This document shows, piece after piece, positions 13,591 through 26,646 of a stretch of DNA of 64,000 nt. A model generated the notes under the pieces. The model saw nothing but the letters and a program-made list of their open reading frames with translations, did no database searches and had not been told where the DNA came from. The position numbers were made by a program, and so were the translations under genes. Source of the stretch: Octopus vulgaris (Eukaryota); NCBI GenBank assembly GCA_951406725.2, contig OX597823.1, positions 67,332,001-67,396,000 of the forward strand, in the 5' to 3' direction. Every line of letters starts with the position of its first letter. Positions within the stretch are counted from its first letter, which is position 1.

Positions 13591-13982
13591 TCGGGTTGTC
13601 CGGAAAGTTCGTACCGATTTATAGTAGCTTACCTTTCGACTTATTTTAGAACATGGTTGAGTCCATAAAATAGAATTTGACTACACCTTCATGTAGAGCA
13701 CAGTTTAAGCTATCTTTTCGTGGAACAAGGTTTATGTTCCTATAACCTGTGTTAATGGTAAAAATTTCAATTCCTTGGATGACGTAAAAATATACCTTGA
13801 TGAATTCTTTGCCATGAAACCACCTCAATTCTGAGAAGAGGGTATTTTCAAGTTAAAAGTAGGATGGAGACGCATTGTGCAACAAAATGGTTCATATTTG
13901 GTTGATTAAAAATGTAATGGCAAGTATTTTTTTACCTTTTTCTTTCCTTTAAAAATCGGCACGAACTTTCCAGACAACCCAA
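13591..13982 (+). mobile_element. Mariner deletion derivative (MITE-like) with TIRs and TA TSD
   Basis: TCGGGTTGTCCGGAAAGTTCGTACCGATTT / AAATCGGCACGAACTTTCCAGACAACCCAA inverted ends, TA on both sides. Internal LNGKNFNSLDDVKIYLDEFFAMKPPQF*EEGIFKL..GWRRIVQQNGSY is a mariner transposase C-terminus. Confidence 0.92.
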
Positions 13983-15467
13983 TATTTTTAAAGTTGAGAC
14001 GAATTCCCTTTCTTGAATGATGTTTGCCCGAAAGGAAATCATTTGGAAAGCAAATTTATATTTTCTTATCATCTTCACAAAGATGCAAGTATTCATTAGT
14101 AGAATGATTAAAACCCTGTTATAGGCGCTCTGCTGGATCAGCAACAATTGATGGATTAACTTTTCTATTAGAACAACACATTGCTTACATTAGTATTTTG
14201 TTTCCATTTCTTGACCAATAACTTGTCAAAATAATTGGGCATGTTACCAATTGAAACATTTTTTTTTAGAAGCATCGTCCTATCTGGAATCATGGGTGAA
14301 AGCATTGCTATTCCATAATTTACATAATTTACGTATTATATGGCTGGGATCTAGCATCTGCTTATCTTCATTGAGCTATTCTGCTTAGTCTGGCATGTTT
14401 CATGGTGTCCGTGTAGACAGTCTGACAGCAGTCAGTTGCAGACGAGCTTTTGATTATCAGATGTCTCCAGTTGTCTATGGACAGCCTGTCTGGAAGGTAT
14501 TCTGCTTACAAGTGTCACTTATATTGTCAGATTCTAGTTCTCTGCAAGCTACGTTCCAGGCATCATTTGTTTGAAGTCTCTGTTGTCACTGTTCAATTAT
14601 TTCTGATGTTTCCAGAGCACACTTGCATTTGGCAGCAGAGGATGTTGTAAGTAGGGTACATCTGTTTTTTTTTTTTTTGTGGCATTATTGATGGAAAGAA
14701 ATCATTAAAAGATCAGTTTTTATCAAGTGTTGTGTCTTCTTATGCCACGGATGAAAAAAAAACTTTCTACATTCAAGAACACTCAGGAAGCTACGCAAAT
14801 GTTGGAGTTATAGAATGAAATTATCAGTGTCTGCCTCTGACCTGTGGCTATAAGTTAATGAGAAATTGTAAAAATGTGAGAAGATAAAGGAATCGATTGA
14901 CAAAACACATGGAAATGTAAACAAAGATAGTATTTTTGCGACACAAATTTTTAATAAAATAACCTGATGCCAAAAGTTCAAAGAGTCTAGTACTTTTTTA
15001 TGCGGAGTAATGCGTTGAGGGAAAGACAGAGAAGGGGGACAGAATGAGTGCGTGAGGGAGGGAGGGAGGGAGGGGGAGAGAGACTGAGAAAGAGAAAGGG
15101 CTGTGACTGAAGAAAATGTAGTAGAGTAGTAAGAGAAAGGAAAGGAGATAAATAAAGGAAAAACATAAAATATATCGAGAGAGAGACAGAGGGGGGAGAG
15201 CGGGGAGCGTTTGTATTAATTAGGAGTCACTGAGGAAAACGAAATTTGTAAGAAAGAAAAAGAGGGAGACATAGAAAGAGAAAAAGATATCGATAAAAAA
15301 AAAGAGAGATTTAAAAGAATGGGGAATAGGACAAGAGGTGACACAGAATCAAACAGGAGATAGTTGAGGAGACATAAATGATTCTTAGATAAAAAAAAAA
15401 AAAATACGCTTTTATTGTGTCTTTACAGTGAACTTATAAACTCCGAACAATATAACTATACATATGA

Positions 15468-15895
15468 AGGCGACGTACTGGCAAAAATCGTTAACACGCC
15501 GGGCAAAATTCTTAGCGTGTTTTCGTCTGTCTCTTACGTTCTGAGTTCAAACTCCGCCAAGGTCGATTTTGCCTTTCATCCTTTCGGGGTGGATAAAATA
15601 AGTACCAGTTGATAATAAGTACCAGTTGATAAATAAGTACCAGTTGATAATAAGTACCAGTTGATAAATAAGTACCAGTTGATAAATAAGTACCAGTTGA
15701 TAAATAAGTACCAGTTGATAAATAAGTACCAGTTGATAAATAAGTACCAGTTGATAATAAGTACCAGTTGATAAATAAGTACCAGTTGATAAATAAGTAC
15801 CAGACTCCAAGCCACATTGGTAACTCCTGACATATCTATTCTTCGCTCAAAATTCACTCGCTCAAAATTGCAGGCCTTGTGCCACAATTTGAAAC
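15468..15895 (+). mobile_element. SINE family A with internal minisatellite
   Basis: GGCGACGTACTGGCAAAAATCGTTAACACGCCGGGC head, GAGTTCAAACTCC B box, GGCCTTGTGCCACAATTTGAAAC tail. Confidence 0.85.
15592..15803. repeat. 17-18 bp minisatellite (GATAAATAAGTACCAGTT) x12
   Basis: 12 GTACCAG units counted directly; the unit derives from the SINE A core. Confidence 0.95.
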
Positions 15896-15939
15896 ACATA
15901 TGATATCCATATGTAAATATTCACACATGCAGATATATA

Positions 15940-16137
15940 GTTCTATATTTAAGAGATGAGGAATTACGTACATTATTTACATTTGACGGATATTTGTCCT
16001 CATCTTGTTTGTTCTTAACACAGCGTTCAAAATTTCCCCAAGACACCTGATGAAAGCTGGAGGGTATATCAGCCGAAACGTTGTGTTAACAACAAGCAAG
16101 ATGAGGATTAATACCCGTTAAATATAAATAATCTACA
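15940..16137 (+). mobile_element. Fold-back Penelope-type mini-element with minimal hammerhead (16042-16087)
   Basis: GACAC-CTGATGA-A-AGCTG...CAGCC-GAAA-CGTT-GTGTT. Left arm is the reverse complement of the post-HHR tail. Possible TSD CAGATATATA (15930-15939 / 16138-16147). Same family as 61855-61983. Confidence 0.75.
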
Positions 16138-16156
16138 CAGATATATATATATATAT

Positions 16157-16418
16157 TTACGGAGATGTACTTGCATAGCGAGTGACCTGATCTGAGATCA
16201 TGTGCTGGAACGAAAACAATTGCAGCGTGGAAGGTGTTTATAAGCCATTTAAGAAACACACAAAACCGTTAGATTCACTTCAACATTTAAATTTAATTTG
16301 TCAAAATAATTTCGTCGCTTTGAGACCGCGACCTGTTCACTGACAAAACTTCGTGCTGCATCACGGTTTTGTGTGTTTCTTAAATGGCTTATAAACACCT
16401 TCCACGCTGCAATTGTTT
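16157..16418 (-). mobile_element. Fold-back mini-element with G3-C8 variant hammerhead (16297-16347)
   Basis: Perfect inverted repeat of about 56 bp (16214-16269 / 16363-16418). Minus-strand spacer reads TTTGTCA-GTGAACA-G-GTCGC-GGTCTCAAA-GCGAC-GAAA-TTATTT-TGACAAA. Confidence 0.7.
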
Positions 16419-16444
16419 ATATATATATATATATATATATATAT

Positions 16445-16508
16445 GGTGGTGCTATTAAGTTAGACATGGCCTGGGCCAATAATGGCCGAAACCTATCAAA
16501 GTATCAAA

Positions 16509-16511
<3 letters not shown>
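16445..16511 (+). mobile_element. Ultra-short 3'-terminal copy of CR1-group LINE family 2
   Basis: GTGGTGCTATTAAGTTAGACATGGCCTGGGCCAATAATGGCCGAAACCTATCAAAGTATCAAAGTA matches the reverse complement of about 45731-45797; embedded in (TA)n. Confidence 0.92.
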
Positions 16512-16564
<53 letters not shown>

Positions 16565-18747
16565 TTATTTATTTATTTATTTATATTTATATACACTTCT
16601 CGAGGGAGAAATTGTAAGCCCGACATGCACATTACAAATTCCACTTGCTCAGCTTGATGTGGTCGTGGTGATTTAAAACCTCAAAATTACATTTCAGCAA
16701 AATTTCTACTTGGTCATCATCAGTACCATCATAATCATTATCATCTTATCATCATCATCATTATCATGATTCTTAACACGTCCATCCATCATCATCACCA
16801 CCAATGTCCGCCGCAGCCGTGTAAGCTTCATGTCTATTTACAAAGTGGAAAGAAAAATGCCAGATCACCAAATTCTGGCTGTTACTCACTTCACATTGGT
16901 GCCATTTCATGTGTTAGATAGTTACTCTATCTAATATTTAAGAATTTTGTTTCTATTAGTATTTCTTTTTCTAGATACTTGTCTGTTTATGTATTTAATT
17001 TTTTAATTTCCCTTGTGAAATTAATAATTGTACGTGACACTAAAATAATACAATATTTACGTCAGCACGCATTCTGAGGAAAATTCTCTTGACAAAACTA
17101 TATAAAGATTTTATGAATATCATAAGTATAGTTATATTGCCCGGTGTTTATAAGCTCGGTGTAAAATCACAACCACAGAGCCTCTGCACAGAAGATTACT
17201 CATGTTTATTGTGATATGTATCAATGTAATGCTTTTATCTCTACTGGCGTCAAATACACTCTCCCATGCTCACACACGAACACAGATTCACACAGGCGCA
17301 CGGACGCACAGATATACTCAAATAAACATACATTCACATACACACACACACGTTTGCGCGCGTAGTTTTTGAGATAGGAAAAGTAAATACGTTTAATAAA
17401 TTCCTGGAACGAAACACTCGTTTGCACTTTCTAATTTCAACATTGTGTACTCTCTCCCAACCCATTTTCTTTACACTGAAATATTTGAACCCAAATGTTT
17501 TCATGTACATGTTTATGTGTGATTGAATAAGTGTGTTTTATTTGACATATAACAAACATAATTTATGATGATTGATATATAATCGATGGGGAAAACTGCA
17601 AACCACTTTACACACACTCTTGCGCTCGCACATATTCATATATACATATATACAAACATAAATATGTTTTACTGGACGAAATGGCATGTCGTACTCCCAC
17701 TGGCGCCAGCTCTCCTTTGGGATACTTCTGAAGGAGCCAGCTATAATACGGTTCGATTGCTCTTTAGCCCCTCTACTCCCGGCTCTGACGATCGATTTGC
17801 ACTGAGTGAAAAATGCATACATTAAGATACATGCGTTTTCTTATGCAAACATCATTAAGGTCATTTGTTATTAACATTTATTTTTCAGCTACTACAGCTG
17901 TGTACTTAAAATTGCTGATCTTTGTATATTGGAAATTGTACTCCAGCATAAACTGAATGGCTAAAACTAAATAAAAAAAAAGAATTAACTGGAAGTAATT
18001 ACTTGTATTTCTTATGCTACAACATTTTTCTAAGTTAAGATCGAACTTAGAACTGCTATATACAATAAACTAACATTTTTCTCACCTAGCAATAGGCACG
18101 CGCAATCCTTTGCTAAACTTTCATATACATGGTTTTTCGCTCACTTCTCAACCCATCCACTACAGATAAAAAAAAAACTATTGATTGTTTAGTCTGTTTC
18201 ATCACTAGAACTACATTTATTGTTAAAACATCGTATCGAATATATGAAGAAATATATTGGATATCTGGAAATCTGTGTAATTGTTTGTTTGTTGTAATTT
18301 TTATCTTTTTTCCCCCTTTTGTTCTATGCTTTTCTATTTTCTTCGATAAATTTAATTCAAACTGAATAATTCCACTCCCCAATTCCATTCCACGCTCTTC
18401 GTCTTTTTTTCTACGAGAAAATGTAGTGAGATTTTAAAAGAAAGCAATTGCTTATATTGACAGGAAGCATGGATAAATGCGTTAAATGAACGAACTCTTT
18501 TGCTTTTGAGGTCATTCAATAATCTTCTGTGGCATTTATGGTTGACTACCATGAATTGAAAACAAAAATCCTAACAATAGATTTTTTTTTCTCTTATTTT
18601 TCATTTCCCTGCACAACATATGACATAATGAGATTCTCTAAATAGATTCTGAAAAAATTATTTCCGAGAACATACGTAAACCAATTTTCCCTTTACTACT
18701 ATATACACTCACACAGGCACACACACACCCACGCACACCCACGCACG

Positions 18748-18813
<66 letters not shown>

Positions 18814-20126
18814 CATATGTATTAAGGAGTTGAACTTGTGGCTTCCTTGGGACCTTCGAGACTAATGAGGCATATATGGTTGATGTGCCTATTGAACAAC
18901 TGCAAGGAGGCGACTGCAAAAAGATATGATAGAGAAGGAAATTCAAGAGGCTTACAGTTCTAGAGAGAAGCGATTGGAAATAGTATTCAGTTCAGGTCCA
19001 ATGAACAAGGCAAAATATGAATGACGAGAAGAAATACGAGGAAGTGAATGAGCTTGGCCTTGTACCTATAGTAGAAAACATTATACTGTTACTTACATTA
19101 ACCATCGAAAATCATCTTCCACGCAGTCGCTCAACATACTAAACATAGCAACCAAATCTCCTTTAAATATGCCCCAGTATATTTGAACAACGACACATTA
19201 GTTAATGTAGCCCAAAGTAAAGTATGCTGGAAAAAAACAGACGAGTTGGTCGTAACTGTAATGCTTTTGATCATAACTTTATTTGATCAGCGATGTTCTA
19301 GGGCTGAACTACTACAATGACAACAACTGGTACTTATTCAGGTCGACGTGACGGCCTCCAAGCAGTCTTTCAGACTGCCTTCAATAGCACGTAAATATCC
19401 TGGAGTCATTCCATACCATCTTATAAAGGAAGGAGACCATCACACATTATGTAATCTAGCCTAAATAAAGGACGTCCAAGATGTACCCTGAAAAACTTTA
19501 ATTAAGTGAAGTTCATATATGACCTTGCATAAAATAATTACTTTCCATGGAAATTACAGTGTAATTTTCCCTATTGACGACGTCTACAGACATGAAACAT
19601 TTGTCAAAACCTGTAAAATTGATTTAATATTATATTCGATAAACTGAAATATAAACTTGTGCTTTTAATTCACACTTCTAATCCAATCCTATTGACTTTT
19701 CCTTCCTTCATCTCTGTGTCTTATTCTTCAATACTTGTAAAAATAACAATCTATTTTCCATTTGAAATACTAATATTTGATAAAGCAAAACAATTGCATG
19801 GGTAACATGGCAGATATTGACAAAATTTGACTGAAAAATAAAAAATAATTTGAGCTGTTATGAAAACATGTTTGTCAGATGATTCCAATGTTAAACTATA
19901 AATACAGATTTTCTAATCTTGAGAATAAAAGAACGAGAGAACAGCTGTAAATGTAATTTTTGAAAACCGACGTAAAAATATATCTTCAGAAAAAGTTCAT
20001 TGAAGTTATATTTTTTAAAAATTGAATTTGTTTAATAAAAATAAGGAATCTATGTCTGCGAATCAAATTGGGCAAAATATATAATCTTTGTACAGTTTTG
20101 CATCGGATGCGGACAAAAAACAAGTA

Positions 20127-20690
20127 CCAGGTCATCCCATAATATCTGTCCGAATTTTGAATAAAGAAAACAAGTGATCAAATGTTATATTTAAAGGAAT
20201 TTTAATCATCAAAATACTTTCCCTGATTATCTATGACTTCCTTCCATCTATTTACAAGATTTTTTATCCTATCAATGTAAAACTATTTTGGTTTCAAAGT
20301 GAAGAACTCTGAAATGTCAGTTTCGACCTCCTCCTGGCTTGCGAAAGTTATGTCCCCCAAAATGATTCTGTAAAGTACGAAAGAAATGGTTGTCTGAAGG
20401 AACAAGGTCGGGAGAATAAGGTGGATGAAGAATTTTTTCCCAACCAAGCTTTTCGCTCTTCAGTGATGATCTTCGCAGTGTGGGGTCACACATTGTCCTA
20501 ATGAAACATCACTCCTTTTCGATTCACTAAAGTGGGGGGTTTTTCCTTCAAAGTTTGGTTCAAACGCTCTAATTGCTGACAGTAGACTTGAGCATTAATT
20601 ATTGCATTAGATGGTAACAATCCAAAGTGAATTACTCCTTTGCAATCCCACCAGATAGAGAGAAGAACCTTTTTTCTATGAAGTTCCCTT
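20127..20690 (-). mobile_element. Mariner remnant (transposase C-terminal half plus TIR)
   Basis: Minus strand LHPPYSPDLVPSDNHFFRTLQNH; terminal TA-CCAGGTCATCCCATAA resembles the end near 60235-60258. Confidence 0.85.
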
Positions 20691-21029
20691 CAACATGTTG
20701 AAACTGATATTGTATCGTGGAACGATCATGCTGCCAATAAATACACACCGTTGGCTATGTTTCACATCCATTTGATTACCAGTTGATTAACCGATTATTC
20801 TGTCAAAGTTCTTTAGTCACAGTTTGTGACCATATCAATAATTATATGCCTCTTCCCTACAAGCACTTTTTTTGAGTGTCACATAGTCCATATAATGTGA
20901 CGGACGAATTTTGACATATTAATCGATTAACCAATTGATCGAGTTATTAATTATCTAATTGACTGGTCATAAAACTGAAGTCAAATATACCCAGTGCGTA
21001 TGTTTTTATTGGCAGTATGTCTCTCCCAA

Positions 21030-21510
21030 AACACAACATATAAAACCATCTAAGCTACTATTTATCAGATTCTAATTCTAACTCATTGCAGTCTCTGCTT
21101 CACATACGCTTGTTACTTTCTTCCTCTTTTCTACCAGTACTACAATGAATTTTATTTCTCTGAATCAGCTACTTAAATCCCTTCTGAGTGGACCTCTATA
21201 TTCACTCGCGACTATATAATCCCATAAAACAGTTAACGAAACCATGGTAAGATACATGCTACGAAGCCATACTCAGTTGCAAGTGACGGCCATGATTTAC
21301 TTTCTCCTCCAGGAATACTCTACCTATTCAGCTCGCATCTTCTTTTCATTCTTACTGCATCTTAACCCACGAGCTCTACGCTAAATACTTTACGCAAATT
21401 TTTCTCCATACCTGCTACACTCTGGAATTTCCTTCTGTCTGCATTTTTCCTACAGACACTGATTTGCTGATTTTAAATCAACAATATCCATCTAATTAGT
21501 CTTTAAATCT
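21030..21510 (+). mobile_element. Highly decayed LINE 3' fragment
   Basis: TTTTTCTCCATACCTGCTACACTCTGGAATTTCCTT resembles the FF...TLWNSLP motif at the C-terminus of CR1/Jockey-group ORF2; many stops. Confidence 0.4.
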
Positions 21511-21524
21511 CTGTAAATAACATC

Positions 21525-21736
21525 TTTTCTACTATAAGCACAAGGTCTGAAATTTGTGGGGAAGGGTAAGTCGATTACATCGGCCCCAGTACTTGACTGG
21601 TACTTATTTCTTCGACCCCGAAAGGATGAAAGGAAAAGACGACTTCGGTGGAATTTGAACTCAGATTGTAAAGAGGGAAGAAATGCAGTTAATCTTTTTG
21701 CACGGCGTGCTGACGATTCTGCCAGCGTGCCGCCTT
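21525..21736 (-). mobile_element. SINE family A
   Basis: Reverse complement of the family A consensus. Further partial copies near 4090-4210, 13492-13540, 22010-22090, 22862-22947, 25815-25960, 27970-28110, 35552-35690, 37597-37722, 58436-58600 and 60275-60385. Confidence 0.85.
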
Positions 21737-24700
21737 TGCACGATGATGAACATATCACATATTCCTTGAATATGATAATTTTCCATTATTATGTCTTTCA
21801 AAATTAATAGAAACTTGTGGGCGTGTTCTTCACAGAAATACCATGACATCTGGGGTTCACAATATCATTTACTCTTAAAGCGCAAGCATCACTAAAATTT
21901 GGTCCGACATTCTCGGGCATAGTGTTCTACTTGAGGAAAACTGAAAGATAATATTATCAGACAATTAAATTGAAGTTATTTTATTTTATAGAACGAAAAT
22001 CTTGGCAAAATTCGAACCCAAAACGTGAAGGGATAGAATTAAATGTTGCTCGGCATTTTATCCGACTCCGGCGCTGTAACGATTTTACCAAAACCTCGTC
22101 TTCTTCTAGAAAGAAAAAGAAAGACATACATAAGTTTCAATAACCTGTTCTCGGCACAGTTTACTTCCATTAATCAATGCTATTTTGTCAGTTTTTGCCA
22201 ATACACTCATGAAACGATTGTGGAAATATATTGCTCAAGATGAAGCGTTAAGCATATTGCGAATTAAAAATAATTAATTCAAACATTTACCACTTCATGA
22301 TCCTTCTTCTTTTTCTGAAAGTAGTTTCTGCTTTGTCGAAATTGGTTTAATTATCTTTTTACGCCGCAGAAATATAAATTTGATTTTAATTAGATCATTA
22401 ATTTACAAAAATAATTACTTTCTAATTGATGGGTTTTATTCTCTATCGTCGTTTTCCATAGCATTAAGCTGCTAAGAAATGAGAACTCTATCAACTAACC
22501 TCTTCCGAAAATGTGGTAATAAATTTATTACAGGTTAAATTTCAAACCAAACTGCTATTTACACATCACCTCATAGTACAGTCCAACAATGGTTATATGC
22601 TCCTTGCTCCACAAATTCCAGAATCTGATTTAATTTCGGTAAATTTTTTCACAAAAAGCAAATTGCATCTCATAAAACTTTGTTTGGGCTGATACGCTTT
22701 ACAATGGGATAATAATTCAGTCACGAATTACTGCTAACTAACCTCAAATTGCAAGTATACCTTCAAACTATACATTGTGAACACTGGCAGCTAACGGAGC
22801 CATTGGGTTTCGCTAGAAATGGCAGTCAAATTTTCCTTAAATCATGACAGACTATCATAAAAAATTTGAACGCAGGATGTAAAGACGGACGAAATGCCGC
22901 TAAGCATTTTACGCGGCATTCTAACGATTCTGCCAGTTCGCTGCCTTGAAAGAAACACCCTTCCTAAGTCATACAGACTCATACTAAATTAAATATTAAT
23001 ATTGATGCACCCTACTGGACTGGTAACCTGAAAATACATGTTCCACTCAATCAAATCAATGTTTTAGCCTTCCTCATCAGTTTAACCAGATATTTTTTTT
23101 AACGGATAAAGCGAAAAAATAAGAGAAGTGTTAATTCTATTAACTTGTCGGTTTTTTCGATTCATACTGCCACCCCTCAATATCTGTACTTGTGATATTT
23201 AGCAAAACGTTTATACTTTACCCTGCGACTGAATGGCCCTCTAATTCGGATAACTTTCCCTGTGAGAGGACAGCCATTCAGTACGGCAAGTGAATATTTC
23301 ACCCATGAATCCTGCAGTGCTGTATCTTCTGCTGAAGAGGGTTTTTATACTATTTACAGCTGAAAAGACTTGAAATTTGAGGTTAGCTATAGTCACCACG
23401 AATCACCAGTGACAGATTTAAGTATAGTTGATAATAAAAAATTTTATCTTTTTTGCCGAATCACAACAGGCGATATGATGAACTGTACTTCTACTTTCAA
23501 AATACATTCTGCTCCACTCTAATTTCTTAGTTCTTGTCATTCAAAATCTAGTATTCCGCAGCTCCGGAAACCAGCAGTTATTGGTATACCTAATCTCTAC
23601 GTCTATAGGTAACCTACCAAAATGTTGAAGTAGTGGACAGGATTTTTTAAATACTTTGCAGCGAAGTTTAATGTTATTTATTGTCTAAGTGTCGCGTGAA
23701 TGTATTACGGATTTCAATATGAGGTTTTGGATATTGAAAACAAAATATAATTATTTCGAAAATGAAGAATCAATGTAGATTATACTCGGTTAGTTTATGG
23801 AATTTTATGTAAAATAAGACAATATATATGTATCTCTGGGTATGTTGTATGTATATGCGCATATAAATATATATGTGTATGTGTATATATGTGTATGAGT
23901 GTATATATATATATATAATATATGTATGCATGTATGTATGTATATATACACGCACACACACATTCATAAACATAGACACATATATATAGGTAATGCGAGT
24001 GTGACTATTAGACCAACCAATTAAATACTGACATGTGCTCTTTACTGCTTTACATAGAAGGTGGTAGACAAAATATTTATTATTAATGTAAAATTGAGAG
24101 ATTCATTAATTCTATATTCAAAATATTTAAGATATATATTTATTTTTGTCATCTCATAGATTAATAATCCACACACATCTCTCGTCTTCTTCTTCTCTTC
24201 TTTTTTCTTTCTCTTTCTTTTTCTCTCTTAAAGGATTAAATTTCCTGCAGGCAATCATGAAACCTATCTTAATTTAGCAAATAGAGTTTTTCAGTTCCAC
24301 AAAATACCTAAATTTATTGTATGACAGTCGTTGCTCTTTGTATTAGCCACATTTGATAATGAAATGTTCTTTGTCCTTCGAAATGTCTTATTTTATCTCT
24401 GGTTCCTTGTAAGAAATTATATCTGTTCGTTGACACTAAATACAATTAATTCTATTGGCAATTCAGTTAGCAATACCACTAAATATTTACAGTAAATTGA
24501 TATATTAAAATAATGAAGGTGCTTAATGTGGTGTCTTTTTAATTTTTATTTTATTGTCTTGCTTAAATTTATGCTATAACTGCTTGGTATGAGAACAGAT
24601 GAGAACAGCTAGACTCTTAGAATAGCTAAACAATTTTACCAAGACACTTAAGTTTTCAACGACCCGATCCACCTACTTAATAGTAGCCAGGCACAAAAGA

Positions 24701-26002
24701 ATGTCGTTACATCGATGAATATGTTCTTGTGTTGCAGTGATGAATTGAGATCTATACGTGAGTGTAACTTCCGTGTAAACAGTGAAACTCTAGTGAACCA
24801 GTCTGGTGGTGTTTGACCCATTTCAAGCTTTATTCAGAAGATATATAAAATCTGAACTGGAAATTAATGTACGTTTGTTAAGCTGTCGGTGGTATGGTCT
24901 TACTGCTGCAATAGCATCTTTTAGAATCACGTATTATTCTATATACACAGAAAGCATAGATCTAATTTCTAGATATACTCCCTTAGTTGCCTACAACTCT
25001 ATTGCTTGAGCTAACACTAATTCCTGAACTGAGACAAGATAAAAAAAAAGACAAGAAAAAAATTTTTTGCAAAAAAGAAAAAGTACCATGAATTGGGACC
25101 ATAAATTCAGAAACAACCTACCAACTTAAACCAGGAGCAACGCCCCACCCAACAAAAAATTTCAACAGGTATTATATCTTTGCTCAATATTATGCGAAAA
25201 TATCGCCTGCAATTTTTTTATATGATATTTTGATTCTAATATTAAAAGTTCTATAATTTCAATCCAATATTCATAAAAGTATTCTTACGAAGCAGTGCAT
25301 GTTTCTAGTTTCTGTTCATACCTGTTTGAATTGCTACAAAATATATTGAAGTGCGTATGTATTGGATAAATATATTGCATTTCTAATAACATAGTAACAA
25401 AGTAGCAACACATTATATTGTATTGCATGAATGAATTTTCTCCTTTATATCCATCTTCCGTATGAGAAATAGAATAATTTCGCAATTGTGTGCATTTGCA
25501 TACTGTTGAAATAATTGGTTAACATAAAAACAGAAATGGATCCCGCATCCTGTTGATAACTAAGCAAACATGAAACTAAAGTAAAACTGCTGTCAAAGAA
25601 TGATGCTAACACAAGACAATATATATATGTGGTTTCCCAACCAAGAGTGCACACTAGTAATTATTCTTAAATCTGAACTTATCATTACGGTATCAGCGAT
25701 CTAGCACCTGGCATTCACAGCCATTATTGCTGTTTGTGCATATAACACACCTAGCAATGTTTGAATAAGACAGGCTTATAAATTGTCCGTAAATAATAAC
25801 AATAATAATAATGGTTTTAAATTTTGCCACAAGGGCAGCCATTCTGGAGGAGTGGACTAGTCGATTACATCGACCCCAGTGTCTCACTGGTATATAATTT
25901 ATCGACCCCGAAAAGAATAAAAGCAAAGTCGACCTTGGCGGAATTTGAACTCAGAACGTTAAGATTTGCTTGTCATTTGTTAGACCTTATCCAGTTGAGT
26001 GA

Positions 26003-26275
26003 CTGATGATATGTGCATCTCTGATCAGGAGCAGAAGTAGTGGGAGAGAATCGAAGCCATGTGTTGAGAGGAATTCTTTGAGGTTGGGATAATTCACCTC
26101 TGGAAACATGGGTGTTTCGTTCAACATCCTTAAACAACCCTTATTCAGGGACCTTTTGAGTGGGATGGGCTACTCGACCTGAAGAAAATTCAGTGGGCTC
26201 CACCTGCAAGGTTATGTGCTGTTAATCTTGATTTGAGATCACCATGCCGCGCACATATGGTTGTGATGCATGTGC
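26003..26275. repeat. Unclassified repeat-like segment abutting SINE A and the HHR hairpin
   Basis: GC-elevated segment between two mobile elements; no motif assigned. Confidence 0.25.
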
Positions 26276-26507
26276 TTGCGATTGTTTAACCCCAAGAAGA
26301 CACCTCCTTTATCTGCTATCATCTCTAGCAGACGAGGTGTTCAGTACTGATGAGTGGTAGAAAGTTCCCGAAACCAGGACTGGTCTACTGGCCCCCTCGC
26401 TTGGAGATGGTAGGAATTCCCTCCCCTGCTCGCAATTTTATAGAATGCAGCCGGGCATCGCTAACCATCTAGAGGAGACGTCCTCTTGGGGTTAAAAAAA
26501 ATCACAA
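26276..26507 (+). ncRNA. Rod-like inverted-repeat element carrying a type I hammerhead (26342-26390); retrozyme-like
   Basis: CAGTA-CTGATGA-GTGGTAGAAAGTTCCC-GAAA-CCAGGACTGG-TC-TACTG. Stem I extends by CGAGG/CCTCG and CTATCATCTCTAG/CTTGGAGATGGTAG. Ends TTAACCCCAAGAAGAC / GTCCTCTTGGGGTTAA. Confidence 0.75.
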
Positions 26508-26615
26508 TAGAGTCCTCAGGAACAGTCAGCCATGTTAAAGTGGCTACGAATATTACTTGTCAGTACATATACTGCGTTGATCTCTTAGAGACATTTTAGA
26601 ACTAGCATTTTTGAT

Positions 26616-26646
<31 letters not shown>

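Noticed and set aside
15592-15803. CRISPR-like array
   Set aside because: Head-to-tail units without spacers, inside a eukaryotic SINE; no cas genes.
19574-19605. Hammerhead-like TTGACGA...GAAACATTTGTC (also about 12225-12258, 23333-23370, 35705-35740)
   Set aside because: Core mismatches and no credible stem I or stem II; cannot be distinguished from chance by eye.
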